DNA from: an uncultured Schlesneria sp.
Lineage (GTDB): Bacteria; Planctomycetota; Planctomycetia; Planctomycetales; Planctomycetaceae
DNA: 64,000 bases
NCBI GenBank assembly: GCA_903858935.1
Contig: CAIOKO010000070.1
Location: 14,003-78,002, forward strand
Reading direction: 5' to 3'
Position 1 is the first letter of the stretch, and each line of letters starts with the position of its first letter. The translations under genes were made by a program, and so were the position numbers. This document shows, in pieces, positions 26,877 through 36,144 of this stretch. The notes beneath the pieces were generated by a model that searched no databases, was not told the DNA's origin, and saw nothing but the letters and a program-made list of their open reading frames with translations.

Positions 26877-27707
26877 TCAGCCTAAATGCCGATCCAGGAA
26901 GTCAAACGATTCCTGCATCACTTCGGGAGCCATATGGCTATGGCGGCTCAGTTCCACGTTCAGACTTCCTGCATAGTTGAGCGATTTGAGAGTCTTAAAC
27001 ACGGGCGGAAAGTCGATTGTTCCTTCGCCGAATCGCAGGTGGTCGTGGATACCTCGTTTCATGTCTTCGATGTGGATTGTGTAAATTCGATCATGCCACG
27101 TTTCGAGATAATTCGAAATCGGCAGCGGCTCGAGACAGTGTACGTGGCCGATATCGACGGTGAGTCCGAAACCAGGCCCATCGACCAGAGAGAGTAAGTG
27201 CTGGTAGTCATTAAACGTCTGGACGAGCATTCCCGGTTCTGGTTCGAAGGCCAGTCGGATGCCTGACGGTTCTGCGAAATCAAGAACTTCACGGCAGCCA
27301 TCGGCCAGTCGACGGTACGCTTCTTCTGGTTCGGCGATGTCGCGAATGATGCCGCTCCAGAACGAAACCGCTTCCGAATGGAGTTCCCTGGCGATAGTGA
27401 CACAGCGTTTGAGAAAGTCGACACGAACGGCACGGGCTTCGGCTGAAGGACTCACCAGAGTCGGTTCGTGTTTTCGTCGAGGATCAAGCAGAAAGCGGGC
27501 ACCGGTTTCGATGACGCTTGCCATTTCAAACCGCTCTAAAACGCGTCGCATGCGAATCAATTCGGAAGCAATGTTCGTCGAGAATGGGTCGAGACAGTTG
27601 TGGTCAACCGTGATCGCGACCGATCGATAGCCGATTTCGGCCATGAGTTCAATCGCCTGATCCCAGCGATGTCCGGTCGTCCCGTTGGTATTATAACCAA
27701 GTCGCAT
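26877..27707 (-). CDS. Sugar phosphate isomerase/epimerase (xylose isomerase-like TIM barrel)
   Basis: AFEPEPG, LTVDIGH, HIEDM…HDHL, LNVEL metal ligands. Confidence 0.9.
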   Translation of the reverse strand: MRLGYNTNGTTGHRWDQAIELMAEIGYRSVAITVDHNCLDPFSTNIASELIRMRRVLERFEMASVIETGARFLLDPRRKHEPTLVSPSAEARAVRVDFLKRCVTIARELHSEAVSFWSGIIRDIAEPEEAYRRLADGCREVLDFAEPSGIRLAFEPEPGMLVQTFNDYQHLLSLVDGPGFGLTVDIGHVHCLEPLPISNYLETWHDRIYTIHIEDMKRGIHDHLRFGEGTIDFPPVFKTLKSLNYAGSLNVELSRHSHMAPEVMQESFDFLDRHLG

Positions 27708-27944
27708 ATTTGATCTCGTCTGAGAGTGCTCGTAAAAGATGAAGAAAATTGACGGACAAGGCCAGCAAGTGTTTCAAATTGTCGGCACGCATTGAAGACG
27801 TGAACGATACCCAAATATTGATTCTCAAGTAACGCTCAAAGAAATCTCAGGCGGTGACGATTGGGATCGCGTGTGCCGGTCGGGTATGCTGCCAATCGCA
27901 AAACATTCTTGTTTGTTGATCGTCTTCGGACTTCGGATATTTTT

Positions 27945-30086
27945 ATGACGTGGCTCTACTCATTGTATTGGCTGGGTGCGTTGGCAGCCGCTGGACCTGT
28001 TCTGTTTCACATGTGGCGAAGAATGCCGCGTGGTGAACGACAGTTTTCGACGTTGATGTTTCTGACGCCGTCGCCACCACGGATCACCAGCCGCAGTCGG
28101 ATCGAGCATTGGTTGCTGATGCTGCTTCGTGCGGCGGCCCTCGGATTGCTGGCATTTGCATTTACGAGACCCCTTTGGCGAGCGGCGGTGACCGAGCCCG
28201 ACGAAGCGACAAACGAACAATTATTGGCGATCCTGGTCGATACCAGTGCCAGCATGCGACGGGAGGGAGTCTGGACCGATCTGATCCAACAAATTGACGA
28301 GCGCTTGGCGAAGTTGCCACCACAGACAAAAGTCGCGCTCTATCGATTCGATCAGACGTTCGTTCCTGTCGCGGATTTCAAAGAACTCAAATCGATGGAA
28401 GCTTCGGCTGGACGTGAATTGGTCAGGGCTCGACTGAAGGATTTGAAGCCGACCTGGGAATCGACTCGATTAGGCGAAGCTCTGATCAGAACAGCGACCT
28501 CGCTACAGGAAGCTCAGACCGAACGGGCCAAGCAGGCTCCTCAGCGGATCTGGCTGGCGAGCGATTTGCAAAGCGGTTCCGAGACCGTTGCTTTGCAAGG
28601 TTATGAATGGCCGGACGATTTGCCTGTGGAACTGATCGTCGCCCACCCGAAATCACCATCGAATGCAGGATTACAGGTTGTTGAACGGAACCCTGAATCG
28701 GCAGATCAAGTTTTGCGAGTCCGGGTGACAAACGCTGCCGACTCGGTCAAAGAAAAGTTTACTTTGAAATGGGGGCTGGACGATTCGCCAGAAGTTTCTG
28801 TTTACGTTCCACCAGGTCAAAGCCGCATCCTGCTTCCGCCCAAACTTCCTGCGGGTCTGGTTTCCTCTGTCCTGCAGTTGGCAGGGGACGATGACGATTT
28901 TGATAATCGGGTTTATGTTGCCGAGAGCGTCCCGGAAACACGACTGGTGATCTACTGCGGACCTGAATCCGCCAATGATACCGATGGTGCACGCTTTTAT
29001 CTTGACCGACTGTTTGCTGCTTCGCATCGGTTCAAAATTGAGTTGCGTGAACCCAGTCAGGCAAACATCGCATCAGCAGATTCCCAACCGTCGCTCATTG
29101 TATTGACCGCGCCTGACGCTGACGTCCAGCCGCTCGTTCGAAATCATCTGTCGAACGGCGGAACAGTGTTGATTGCATCGGCAACTCCAGAAGCGACTGC
29201 GGCGAGTCTCGCCTTGTGCGGGCGCGAAGGAATCTCGGTGAGCGAAGCGACTGTTTCCAAGTATGCCATGCTCGGCGAAATCGATTATGAAGATCCGGTA
29301 TTTGCTCCCTTTGCGGAGTCTCAATTCAGCGACTTCACAGGCGTACGTTTCTGGAAACATCGAAAGCTGGAAGGATTGAACGTCGTCGATTCGAAATCGG
29401 AAAAGGCTGGAGTCGATTCGACCGGGGACGCAGACCGAGTACTGGCCCGCTTCGATGACGGCGATCCTGCGATCGTCGAGTTTTCAAGTCAACGGGGAAC
29501 TGTCATTGTCTTCGCGGCCGGCTGGCAACCGGCCGACAGCCAATTTGCTCGCAGTTCCAAATTCCCGATGTTGATGTTTCGTCTGCTGGAACACTCGACA
29601 AAACTCACCCCACGAACAGAAGGACAAGTCGTTGGCAGCGCACTCGCCTGGCCTACCACATCGCGAGCCGAAACCTCGGCGACGGGAATGGCCCGACTGC
29701 CGGATGGTGCCGAGTTATCTTCGTTACCGACCGATGCACCGTTCCACGCAACATCGACTCCAGGTCTCTATCAATTAAGTGTGCCCGGTCGAACAGAACA
29801 AATTGCTGTGAATCTTGCTGCCGAAGAAAGTCGGACGAATCCGCTGACGCTTGAGCAACTGGAAAGTTTTGGATTAAAAATGAAAGGACGCGAAAGATCG
29901 GACGATCCGCAGCGTCAACGCCAACGGCAGCGTCAACTCCAACTGGTCGAATTAGAACAATCGCAAAAGTTGTGGCAGCTGATTCTCGTGGCTGTGATCG
30001 CAGTGTTGCTTCTGGAGACGTTCTTGACAGGCTGGTTTGCGTCCAAGCAAAACACCGAAGGGTCTCAACCATTACCGGTTGGATGA
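27945..30086 (+). CDS. BatA domain / vWA membrane protein
   Basis: N-terminal P.L.H.WRR…F.TLMFL…LLM.LR BatA motif, DTSASM MIDAS, C-terminal TM LW..IL. Confidence 0.88.
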   Translation: MTWLYSLYWLGALAAAGPVLFHMWRRMPRGERQFSTLMFLTPSPPRITSRSRIEHWLLMLLRAAALGLLAFAFTRPLWRAAVTEPDEATNEQLLAILVDTSASMRREGVWTDLIQQIDERLAKLPPQTKVALYRFDQTFVPVADFKELKSMEASAGRELVRARLKDLKPTWESTRLGEALIRTATSLQEAQTERAKQAPQRIWLASDLQSGSETVALQGYEWPDDLPVELIVAHPKSPSNAGLQVVERNPESADQVLRVRVTNAADSVKEKFTLKWGLDDSPEVSVYVPPGQSRILLPPKLPAGLVSSVLQLAGDDDDFDNRVYVAESVPETRLVIYCGPESANDTDGARFYLDRLFAASHRFKIELREPSQANIASADSQPSLIVLTAPDADVQPLVRNHLSNGGTVLIASATPEATAASLALCGREGISVSEATVSKYAMLGEIDYEDPVFAPFAESQFSDFTGVRFWKHRKLEGLNVVDSKSEKAGVDSTGDADRVLARFDDGDPAIVEFSSQRGTVIVFAAGWQPADSQFARSSKFPMLMFRLLEHSTKLTPRTEGQVVGSALAWPTTSRAETSATGMARLPDGAELSSLPTDAPFHATSTPGLYQLSVPGRTEQIAVNLAAEESRTNPLTLEQLESFGLKMKGRERSDDPQRQRQRQRQLQLVELEQSQKLWQLILVAVIAVLLLETFLTGWFASKQNTEGSQPLPVG

Positions 30087-30298
30087 AAACTGACGCGAGG
30101 GTATAGGCCGGTTAATCAACCCCGCATGGGGGGAGTTGGTTTTCGATGTGAACATGATACCGAAATCGTTCACGGCGTCGCTGTTCAACGCGATCATGGC
30201 GAGATTTCATGGTTCTGCGGGTTTTGAGAATTGCAAGTCTTAAACCACAGATATTGTGGGTCACCGTAGCCTGACGGTTTTTGGAACTGCCGATCGGT

Positions 30299-30326
30299 TT
30301 GACTCTTCGGGCTGGTGGTCTAGAAT
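30299..30326 (+). promoter_or_regulatory. Putative sigma70 promoter TTGACT-N16-TAGAAT
   Basis: Near-consensus boxes ~60 bp upstream of the GT2 gene. Confidence 0.5.
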
Positions 30327-30387
30327 CACGACCCGGCGTGCAGGGATGCTGTTACGGAGGCTCAGTTTTTTATAGCGGGAGTCGCTT

Positions 30388-31170
30388 ATGTCCCTGCGAG
30401 TTTTGACGGCATTACCTGTGTTCAATGAAGAACGTCACGTGATCGATGTGATCACGGAGGTCCGGAAATACTCAAAAGAGATCCTCGTTGTCGATGATGG
30501 GTCATCTGATAAAACGCCGGAACTGCTGAAATCGATGCGTGACGTGCATGTCGTGAGGCACCAGCAGAACCAAGGTTATGGTGCCGGTCTTCGAACGGCA
30601 TTTACGTATGCCCTGTCGGGTCAATACGACGTGCTGGTCACGATTGATTGTGATGGACAGCATCAACCGGCACTGATTCCCGAAATGGCTGCAGCGGTTT
30701 TCAATCACGAAGACGCTCCAGCCGACATTGTCTCAGGCAGTCGTTATTTAAAAGTTTTTGATGGCGCCAGTGAGCCTCCCATCGAACGACGCCGAATCAA
30801 CCTCCAAATCACCGAATGGTTGAACCACCAGTTTTCGCTGAACCTGACTGACGCATTCTGTGGCTTCAAAGCCTACCGAGTTGATTCACTTGCCCGGCTG
30901 CGAATCACTGAACTCGGTTACGCGATGCCTCTGCAACTTTGGGTGCAGGCAGCCGCTCAAAAAATGAAGATCGTTGAGTTTGCCGTTCCTCTGATTTATC
31001 TGGAAGAAGAGCGTTCATTCGGTGGTTCATTGGATGTCGCAGCAAAACGACTGGCCTACTACCAGGAAGTGCTCGACCGCGAGATGGCGTCGCAGCATCT
31101 GACTCAGACGAAGAAGTGCGAGTCGACGCCTCCTTCGGGACATCGTCCGCTGGCCTGCTGTTCACGATAG
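30388..31170 (+). CDS. Glycosyltransferase family 2
   Basis: LPVFNEE, VVDDGSSD, NQGYGAG, IDCDGQH, SGSRY, DAFCGFKAY. Confidence 0.93.
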   Translation: MSLRVLTALPVFNEERHVIDVITEVRKYSKEILVVDDGSSDKTPELLKSMRDVHVVRHQQNQGYGAGLRTAFTYALSGQYDVLVTIDCDGQHQPALIPEMAAAVFNHEDAPADIVSGSRYLKVFDGASEPPIERRRINLQITEWLNHQFSLNLTDAFCGFKAYRVDSLARLRITELGYAMPLQLWVQAAAQKMKIVEFAVPLIYLEEERSFGGSLDVAAKRLAYYQEVLDREMASQHLTQTKKCESTPPSGHRPLACCSR

Positions 31171-31188
31171 CGCTTTGTCAGTCTTCAA

Positions 31189-31352
31189 TCGTTTAACCCG
31201 CAGCCAGCGGCGCAGGCGAATCGGCGTTCAGCCGATTTCTTCAGACGTTGCCGCAGGCCTGTTTTTCTCAATGGCCCAACGAGAAATGACGCTTCGGTTG
31301 ACTCCAATTCCGCCGTTACGCTGCCGCTTCTCTTCAAGGCGCGGTTAAACGA
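31189..31352. repeat. 164-bp palindromic element, copy A
   Basis: Terminal inverted repeat TCGTTTAACC…GGTTAAACGA; internal hairpin aatcggc-gttca-gccgatt. Confidence 0.88.
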
Positions 31353-31366
31353 AGAAAACGGGTTCG

Positions 31367-31530
31367 TCGTTTAACCCGCAGCCAGCGGCGCAGGCGAATC
31401 GGCGTTCAGCCGATTTCTTCAGACGTTGCCGCAGGCCTGTTTTTCTCAATGGCCCAACGAGAAATGACGCTTCGGTTAACTCCAATTCCGCCGTTACGCT
31501 GCCGCTTCTCTTCGAGGCGCGGTTAAACGA
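31367..31530. repeat. 164-bp palindromic element, copy B (direct tandem repeat)
   Basis: Identical to copy A except 2 substitutions; 14-bp spacer between copies. Confidence 0.88.
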
Positions 31531-31568
31531 TGGGGACACATTCATTGTTTCACCTTGCTGCTCCGGGA

Positions 31569-33932
31569 TCATTTCACCACAGCGCGCGCTGATTCGTTCG
31601 TTTCAATCTTCCAACGGACCAGCTGTTTTTGGGTTGCCGGGTGTTTTGAGTCAAGAAACAGACCAAGTCGTCCACGCAGCTCAAACAGTTTCTGGGCGAC
31701 CGCCGGTTTGTATTCGGCTGTCCCGGCATCCTCAGAATTTTTCTTTTTCAGATCGACTTCCAGACCAAGAAATTCCCGTACCGCTTCGGCCACCGCCTGG
31801 CGAGATTGCCCTGTCAATAAGGTATACGCTGTCAGGTATTCAACCAGTTGTTGACCTTCACGATAGGATTTGAGCCGAAGGCTCGGTGAGACCACCGGGT
31901 CTTGCGGATTGCGAGCCGGGTAGAACAGCGACAGTGCGTCCGGCTTGTCCCAGGATTCTTTTGTTCCAATCGTCTGCCACGGTAAGACTCCGTCCGCCCC
32001 AAGGCACCACGCATCCAGACACCAGGCGACCGGCTGCACAGGAAATTCTGTCGGGGGCGCGGTCGTTCCATAGAATGTGACCATCGTGCCGTATCGAGCC
32101 TGTCGACGCTCAATTCGTTCTTGATACGGTCGAAGGGCACCGCTGATCACTTCCACACCACTCACGCCGTCCAGCAGATCACGTTGCCATTCTGGCCTCG
32201 AGATGTCACAACGAAAGACGGCATTCGGAGCAATCGACCGGGCCGCTCGGTTAAATTCCTGGCCGTAACGGCGCAAGGCCCAGAAGTCTTGAGTATTGAC
32301 TGGTTCATCGAAAACCCAGGGTGCTGAACAGGAGCTCCAGTTTCCTCGCTGTTCTTTGAAATAAACTTTGTTATTAAGGTAGAACTGGAGCCAGGTCTTC
32401 GTCCAACCCTTCTTCACAGCGTGATCCGCAAATTCTCTGGCAGTCGTTGAAAACTCGTTCCAATAACTTTCATCGAAGGCATTCTCAATCCAATATCCTC
32501 CTTTGAAATGACGATGAACGTCGGCAGGCCAATGTTCGTTAAGTGGCAAATAAAACGCATCAACCGGAACATCCGTTCGTGGCAAACCGTGAAACGCGGT
32601 CCCATCGAGAAGGGGGCCAAACCGGCGGTCCCAGGCCTCCCAGTCCCATGCGTTCGCTTTCTTCACCGGCGCACAGCCATCGGCCACGCGTCCGTTCCAA
32701 CCATAGCGAAGGACGTTGAGGTTTAATCGATGCTCATGAGCCATCCGATACCAGGCGACTTCTTGATCTGCAGGAACTGGCAATCCATAAGCGTTCATTT
32801 CGGGGACAAAAGAGAGCTGATCGGGCAGCGTAAAATCCCAGACATGCAGCTCAATGGACCAGTACTTTTTGCCAATCCGAACCGTCACGGAATGCTTTCC
32901 ACTACTGACTGCGTGAGGCACATAGATTTCGCAAACGACGCGACCCGGCTGAAGAGATTCGGTCAGGACATCTCCCACATCACCTGCGGCAGCGGCTTTG
33001 ATCAGTCCAAATAATTTTGGTTTCAGATCAGCCGCTTCGACTTCGACCGTTTCATTCTCAATACGTTCGATGAAGAAAGTCACCGCTTCATTCTTGGCGG
33101 CATAGAGATGGCTTGTGAGTGGAACACCCATCAGATCGGTGAGTAACGATTTTTCCGCGTTCGGTCGTTTCGTCATCGCAGCCGGGAGAACACATTTTTC
33201 CGTTTGACGGGACGTTTGCGTTGTGAGAGCTGGTGGTTGACTGGCTTCTCCGTCGGTCCAGACCATGAAGTATGGGGCGACCGTCTTGTTCATATCGCGT
33301 GAGGCGACCATGCGATTTGGAAACAGCTTCCACGTGAACTTTTCGCCGTCGCGTTCGTACTCGGAACCGACATCATCTTGAACGAAAACACCATGACTTC
33401 GTCCGTCGGCACAGGCCTCAATGACTTTGGGATCAACGGGAATAACCTGCCACCCGTTAGCATCAGGTGGCGATGCATCACCAAAGCCCCAGATGGTCCC
33501 CGACTCGCTGTTAACCACCGAGGTGACGTCTGAACCAGGACCATTCCAGGGCTGCTCCGGTTTCGCCCAGCGAAACGATGCACCTGTTCCTTTCGCGTAT
33601 CCACTACCGTTCCCTTCTTCCCAAGGGCTGGCGACCGTGGAAACCGTCATTCGCCGCAGAGGTGCTTCCTTCGATTCCAGATGCAACCACAACTGAGCAC
33701 GGCTTATTCGCTTTCCGCGCAATGCATCACTGTCGAAGTCGAGCAACGAAAACTCCTGAATCCCCTTAAACTTTAGTCGGGGAGCACCTCCGTTATTTCC
33801 TTCCTGTTCGCCAGGATAAGCTGAGATCCAGACATCCCGCGTCACTGGAAGTTTTAATGGTTCGGCAGCCGAAGCCACGGTGATGAAGCCGAATGACAAG
33901 ACATACGAAAAAAGTCGGATGAAGGTTTGCAT
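31569..33932 (-). CDS. Secreted protein with DNRLRE/CBM96-like N-terminal domain and DUF4091/GH123-like glycoside hydrolase region
   Basis: Signal peptide; DVWIS…N.GG…LLDFD…ISRAQLWL; LHVWDFTLP, FDEP, SLRLK..REG.Q..EYL. Confidence 0.65.
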   Translation of the reverse strand: MQTFIRLFSYVLSFGFITVASAAEPLKLPVTRDVWISAYPGEQEGNNGGAPRLKFKGIQEFSLLDFDSDALRGKRISRAQLWLHLESKEAPLRRMTVSTVASPWEEGNGSGYAKGTGASFRWAKPEQPWNGPGSDVTSVVNSESGTIWGFGDASPPDANGWQVIPVDPKVIEACADGRSHGVFVQDDVGSEYERDGEKFTWKLFPNRMVASRDMNKTVAPYFMVWTDGEASQPPALTTQTSRQTEKCVLPAAMTKRPNAEKSLLTDLMGVPLTSHLYAAKNEAVTFFIERIENETVEVEAADLKPKLFGLIKAAAAGDVGDVLTESLQPGRVVCEIYVPHAVSSGKHSVTVRIGKKYWSIELHVWDFTLPDQLSFVPEMNAYGLPVPADQEVAWYRMAHEHRLNLNVLRYGWNGRVADGCAPVKKANAWDWEAWDRRFGPLLDGTAFHGLPRTDVPVDAFYLPLNEHWPADVHRHFKGGYWIENAFDESYWNEFSTTAREFADHAVKKGWTKTWLQFYLNNKVYFKEQRGNWSSCSAPWVFDEPVNTQDFWALRRYGQEFNRAARSIAPNAVFRCDISRPEWQRDLLDGVSGVEVISGALRPYQERIERRQARYGTMVTFYGTTAPPTEFPVQPVAWCLDAWCLGADGVLPWQTIGTKESWDKPDALSLFYPARNPQDPVVSPSLRLKSYREGQQLVEYLTAYTLLTGQSRQAVAEAVREFLGLEVDLKKKNSEDAGTAEYKPAVAQKLFELRGRLGLFLDSKHPATQKQLVRWKIETNESARAVVK

Positions 33933-34118
33933 CACAAAAAGCCATGCCTCGAGGATGAGTGGTCGAATCGAACTGTTGGCGTACTTGAAACGCAATGTCC
34001 TGACACGGTCAATTCTCAAAGTCCCGTGTGTGGGTCTTTCGGCCGGACGACATTGTTAAAAATGTATCACTTCGACTTTTTTCACAGGGAAAAGAATCAG
34101 GTTAGGAAAAGAATATTC

Positions 34119-34243
34119 GCCACAGATGCACACGGATTCACAGAGATAAATGCAATTGACGTCCTCATTCAACGTGGAATCGGGAGTAAGATTCCAAATA
34201 CGTTTGCGTGTTTTATCTGTGTAGCTCTGTGTGCATCTGTGGC
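34119..34243. repeat. 125-bp element bounded by GCCACAGATGCACAC inverted repeats
   Basis: 34119-34150 versus 34212-34243: 15 bp perfect then imperfect to 32 bp; internal ggaatc/gattcc hairpin. Confidence 0.8.
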
Positions 34244-34286
34244 CGAATGGCCTTTGCGATTTCTTCCTTTATCGACTTCGATACTC

Positions 34287-35471
34287 TCAACGGCTTTCAC
34301 TTTGTCGGATCCAGCCACCACCCAGAACACGATCCCCTTCATAGAGGACTAATGCCTGACCGGGCGCGACGCCGAATTGTGCTTCTGTGAAATTCACTCG
34401 CACATGATCCGGGGCGACTCGGACGACGTGCGCGACTGCTGCCGTGTGCTGATAACGGATTTGTGCGAGACAATCGAATTCAGCGGGAAGGCCATCGACC
34501 AGCCAGCTTATTCCATCCGCTTCCAGTTCGCGACACGCCAGATCCTGATGAGTCCCCAGGACAACGCGGCGTGACTCGGGCTCGATGCGGATGACGAAAC
34601 GAGGTTCACCAAACGTAATGCCCAGTCCGCGTCGTTGTCCGATCGTGAATTGATCGAATCCGGAATGCTTTCCCAGAACGTTGCCTGCTGGATCAACGAA
34701 TTCACCCGACATGTCGGGACGACCCCGGTAACGTTCCAGAAACCCGACATAGTCGTTATCTGGAATAAAACAGATTTCCTGGCTGTCAGGCTTGGTCGCC
34801 ACTCGCAAACCCGCTTGTGCGGCCAGCTCGCGAATCTCGGGCTTATTGAAATCGCCGACAGGAAACAGAATTCGATCGAGGATATTGTGATTGATCCCCG
34901 CCAAAACGTACGACTGGTCCTTCGTGAGATCGCGACCCCGCAGCAGGGCAGGGCTGCCATCAATGGTCTGAATTCGGGCGTAGTGACCTGTCGCAATCAG
35001 GTCCGCTCCGACACTGACCGCAAAATCCCAAAGCTTGCCAAACTTCAGCCAGTTGTTACACATCACACAGGGATTGGGAGTTCGTCCTGCAAGATATTCA
35101 TCGACGAAATAATCCTTGATCCGCCCGAATGCGTCCGAAAAGTTGAGCGCGTGAAAAGGAATATCAAGAACATCTGCCACACGACGCGCGTCGGCAGCAT
35201 CCGACGCGCTGCAGCACCCTTGCTTGTTGGCCTTTGTTCCCAGGATGGGCAGCGTCGGAAGTGCGGCTGACGCCACCTGCTGCGATTCTGCTCCAGACAT
35301 CGCACCGGATGCGACTAAGTTTGCCTTGGGTTCGACTCGACAGGCTGTTTCTTCAACCGCCCCTGAACGCATGAAAAGCCCGATGACCTCGTACCCCTGC
35401 TCTTTTAACAGCACGGCTGAGGCCGAACTATCGACTCCACCACTCATCGCCAGGACAACTCGCTTGGGCAT
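34287..35471 (-). CDS. mnmA: tRNA 2-thiouridine(34) synthase MnmA
   Basis: AMSGGVDSS, TPNPCVMCN..LKFG, ATGHYA, KDQSY, DSQEICF, TIGQRRGL, PGQ. Confidence 0.97.
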   Translation of the reverse strand: MPKRVVLAMSGGVDSSASAVLLKEQGYEVIGLFMRSGAVEETACRVEPKANLVASGAMSGAESQQVASAALPTLPILGTKANKQGCCSASDAADARRVADVLDIPFHALNFSDAFGRIKDYFVDEYLAGRTPNPCVMCNNWLKFGKLWDFAVSVGADLIATGHYARIQTIDGSPALLRGRDLTKDQSYVLAGINHNILDRILFPVGDFNKPEIRELAAQAGLRVATKPDSQEICFIPDNDYVGFLERYRGRPDMSGEFVDPAGNVLGKHSGFDQFTIGQRRGLGITFGEPRFVIRIEPESRRVVLGTHQDLACRELEADGISWLVDGLPAEFDCLAQIRYQHTAAVAHVVRVAPDHVRVNFTEAQFGVAPGQALVLYEGDRVLGGGWIRQSESR

Positions 35472-35479
35472 TTCTTCTT

Positions 35480-35917
35480 TCATTGGCAAAGCGAACATTG
35501 TCCGCGGATCAGGATCTCGGTCACATTACCCACTTCCGTTACAGACTTGAGCGCCGATTTCGGGAAATCGAATTTGTGAAGGCAGGTGACACGACCACAA
35601 TCGACGCAGATAAAATGGGCATGTTCGCAGCCGTCGGGATGTGATGCATCACGCAGTTCAAATCGCCAGACGTGATCACCCAGTTCTTTGCGTGTCACCA
35701 GTCCCGCTTCAACCAGGTCGGTCAGATTGCGCAACACGGTCGCCTTGTCGATACCCAGTGGGACCAGGTCGATAGAAATCTCGGCGTGCGTCGCGGGCGA
35801 GTTCGCTCGTTGCAGCCAATGCATTACGGCCAAACGAGCCGCTGTCGTTCGCAAGCCGCAATCCGACAGCAGCTTCCGAATTTTGGCAACAGTACCCGCC
35901 TCTGTATTCAATGACAT
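35480..35917 (-). CDS. Fur family transcriptional regulator
   Basis: GLRTTAARLAV, DKATVLRNL..L.EAGLV, HAHFICVDC, GQCSLC. Confidence 0.88.
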   Translation of the reverse strand: MSLNTEAGTVAKIRKLLSDCGLRTTAARLAVMHWLQRANSPATHAEISIDLVPLGIDKATVLRNLTDLVEAGLVTRKELGDHVWRFELRDASHPDGCEHAHFICVDCGRVTCLHKFDFPKSALKSVTEVGNVTEILIRGQCSLCQ

Positions 35918-36144
35918 CTTCAACCGTTCATGCGAACCGCTCTTTTTTACTCCCAACACAACAGAGGATACCTTCCGCAATCCGCTAACGCCAATTCCAA
36001 GGTCAAATGGACGAACAAGACAATCTGATCCCATCGTATTACTCTGTTCTCGAAACCGAGTACCGGGAATTTTGAAAATTGCTGCAAATTGGGTAACGAA
36101 GGCGAATCCTCGCCAGGACCCCACTTTGAGTCGGGAGAAAACGG

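Noticed and set aside
31345-31572. 75-aa ORF spanning the 164-bp repeat
   Set aside because: Derived from the repeat element; no coding signature
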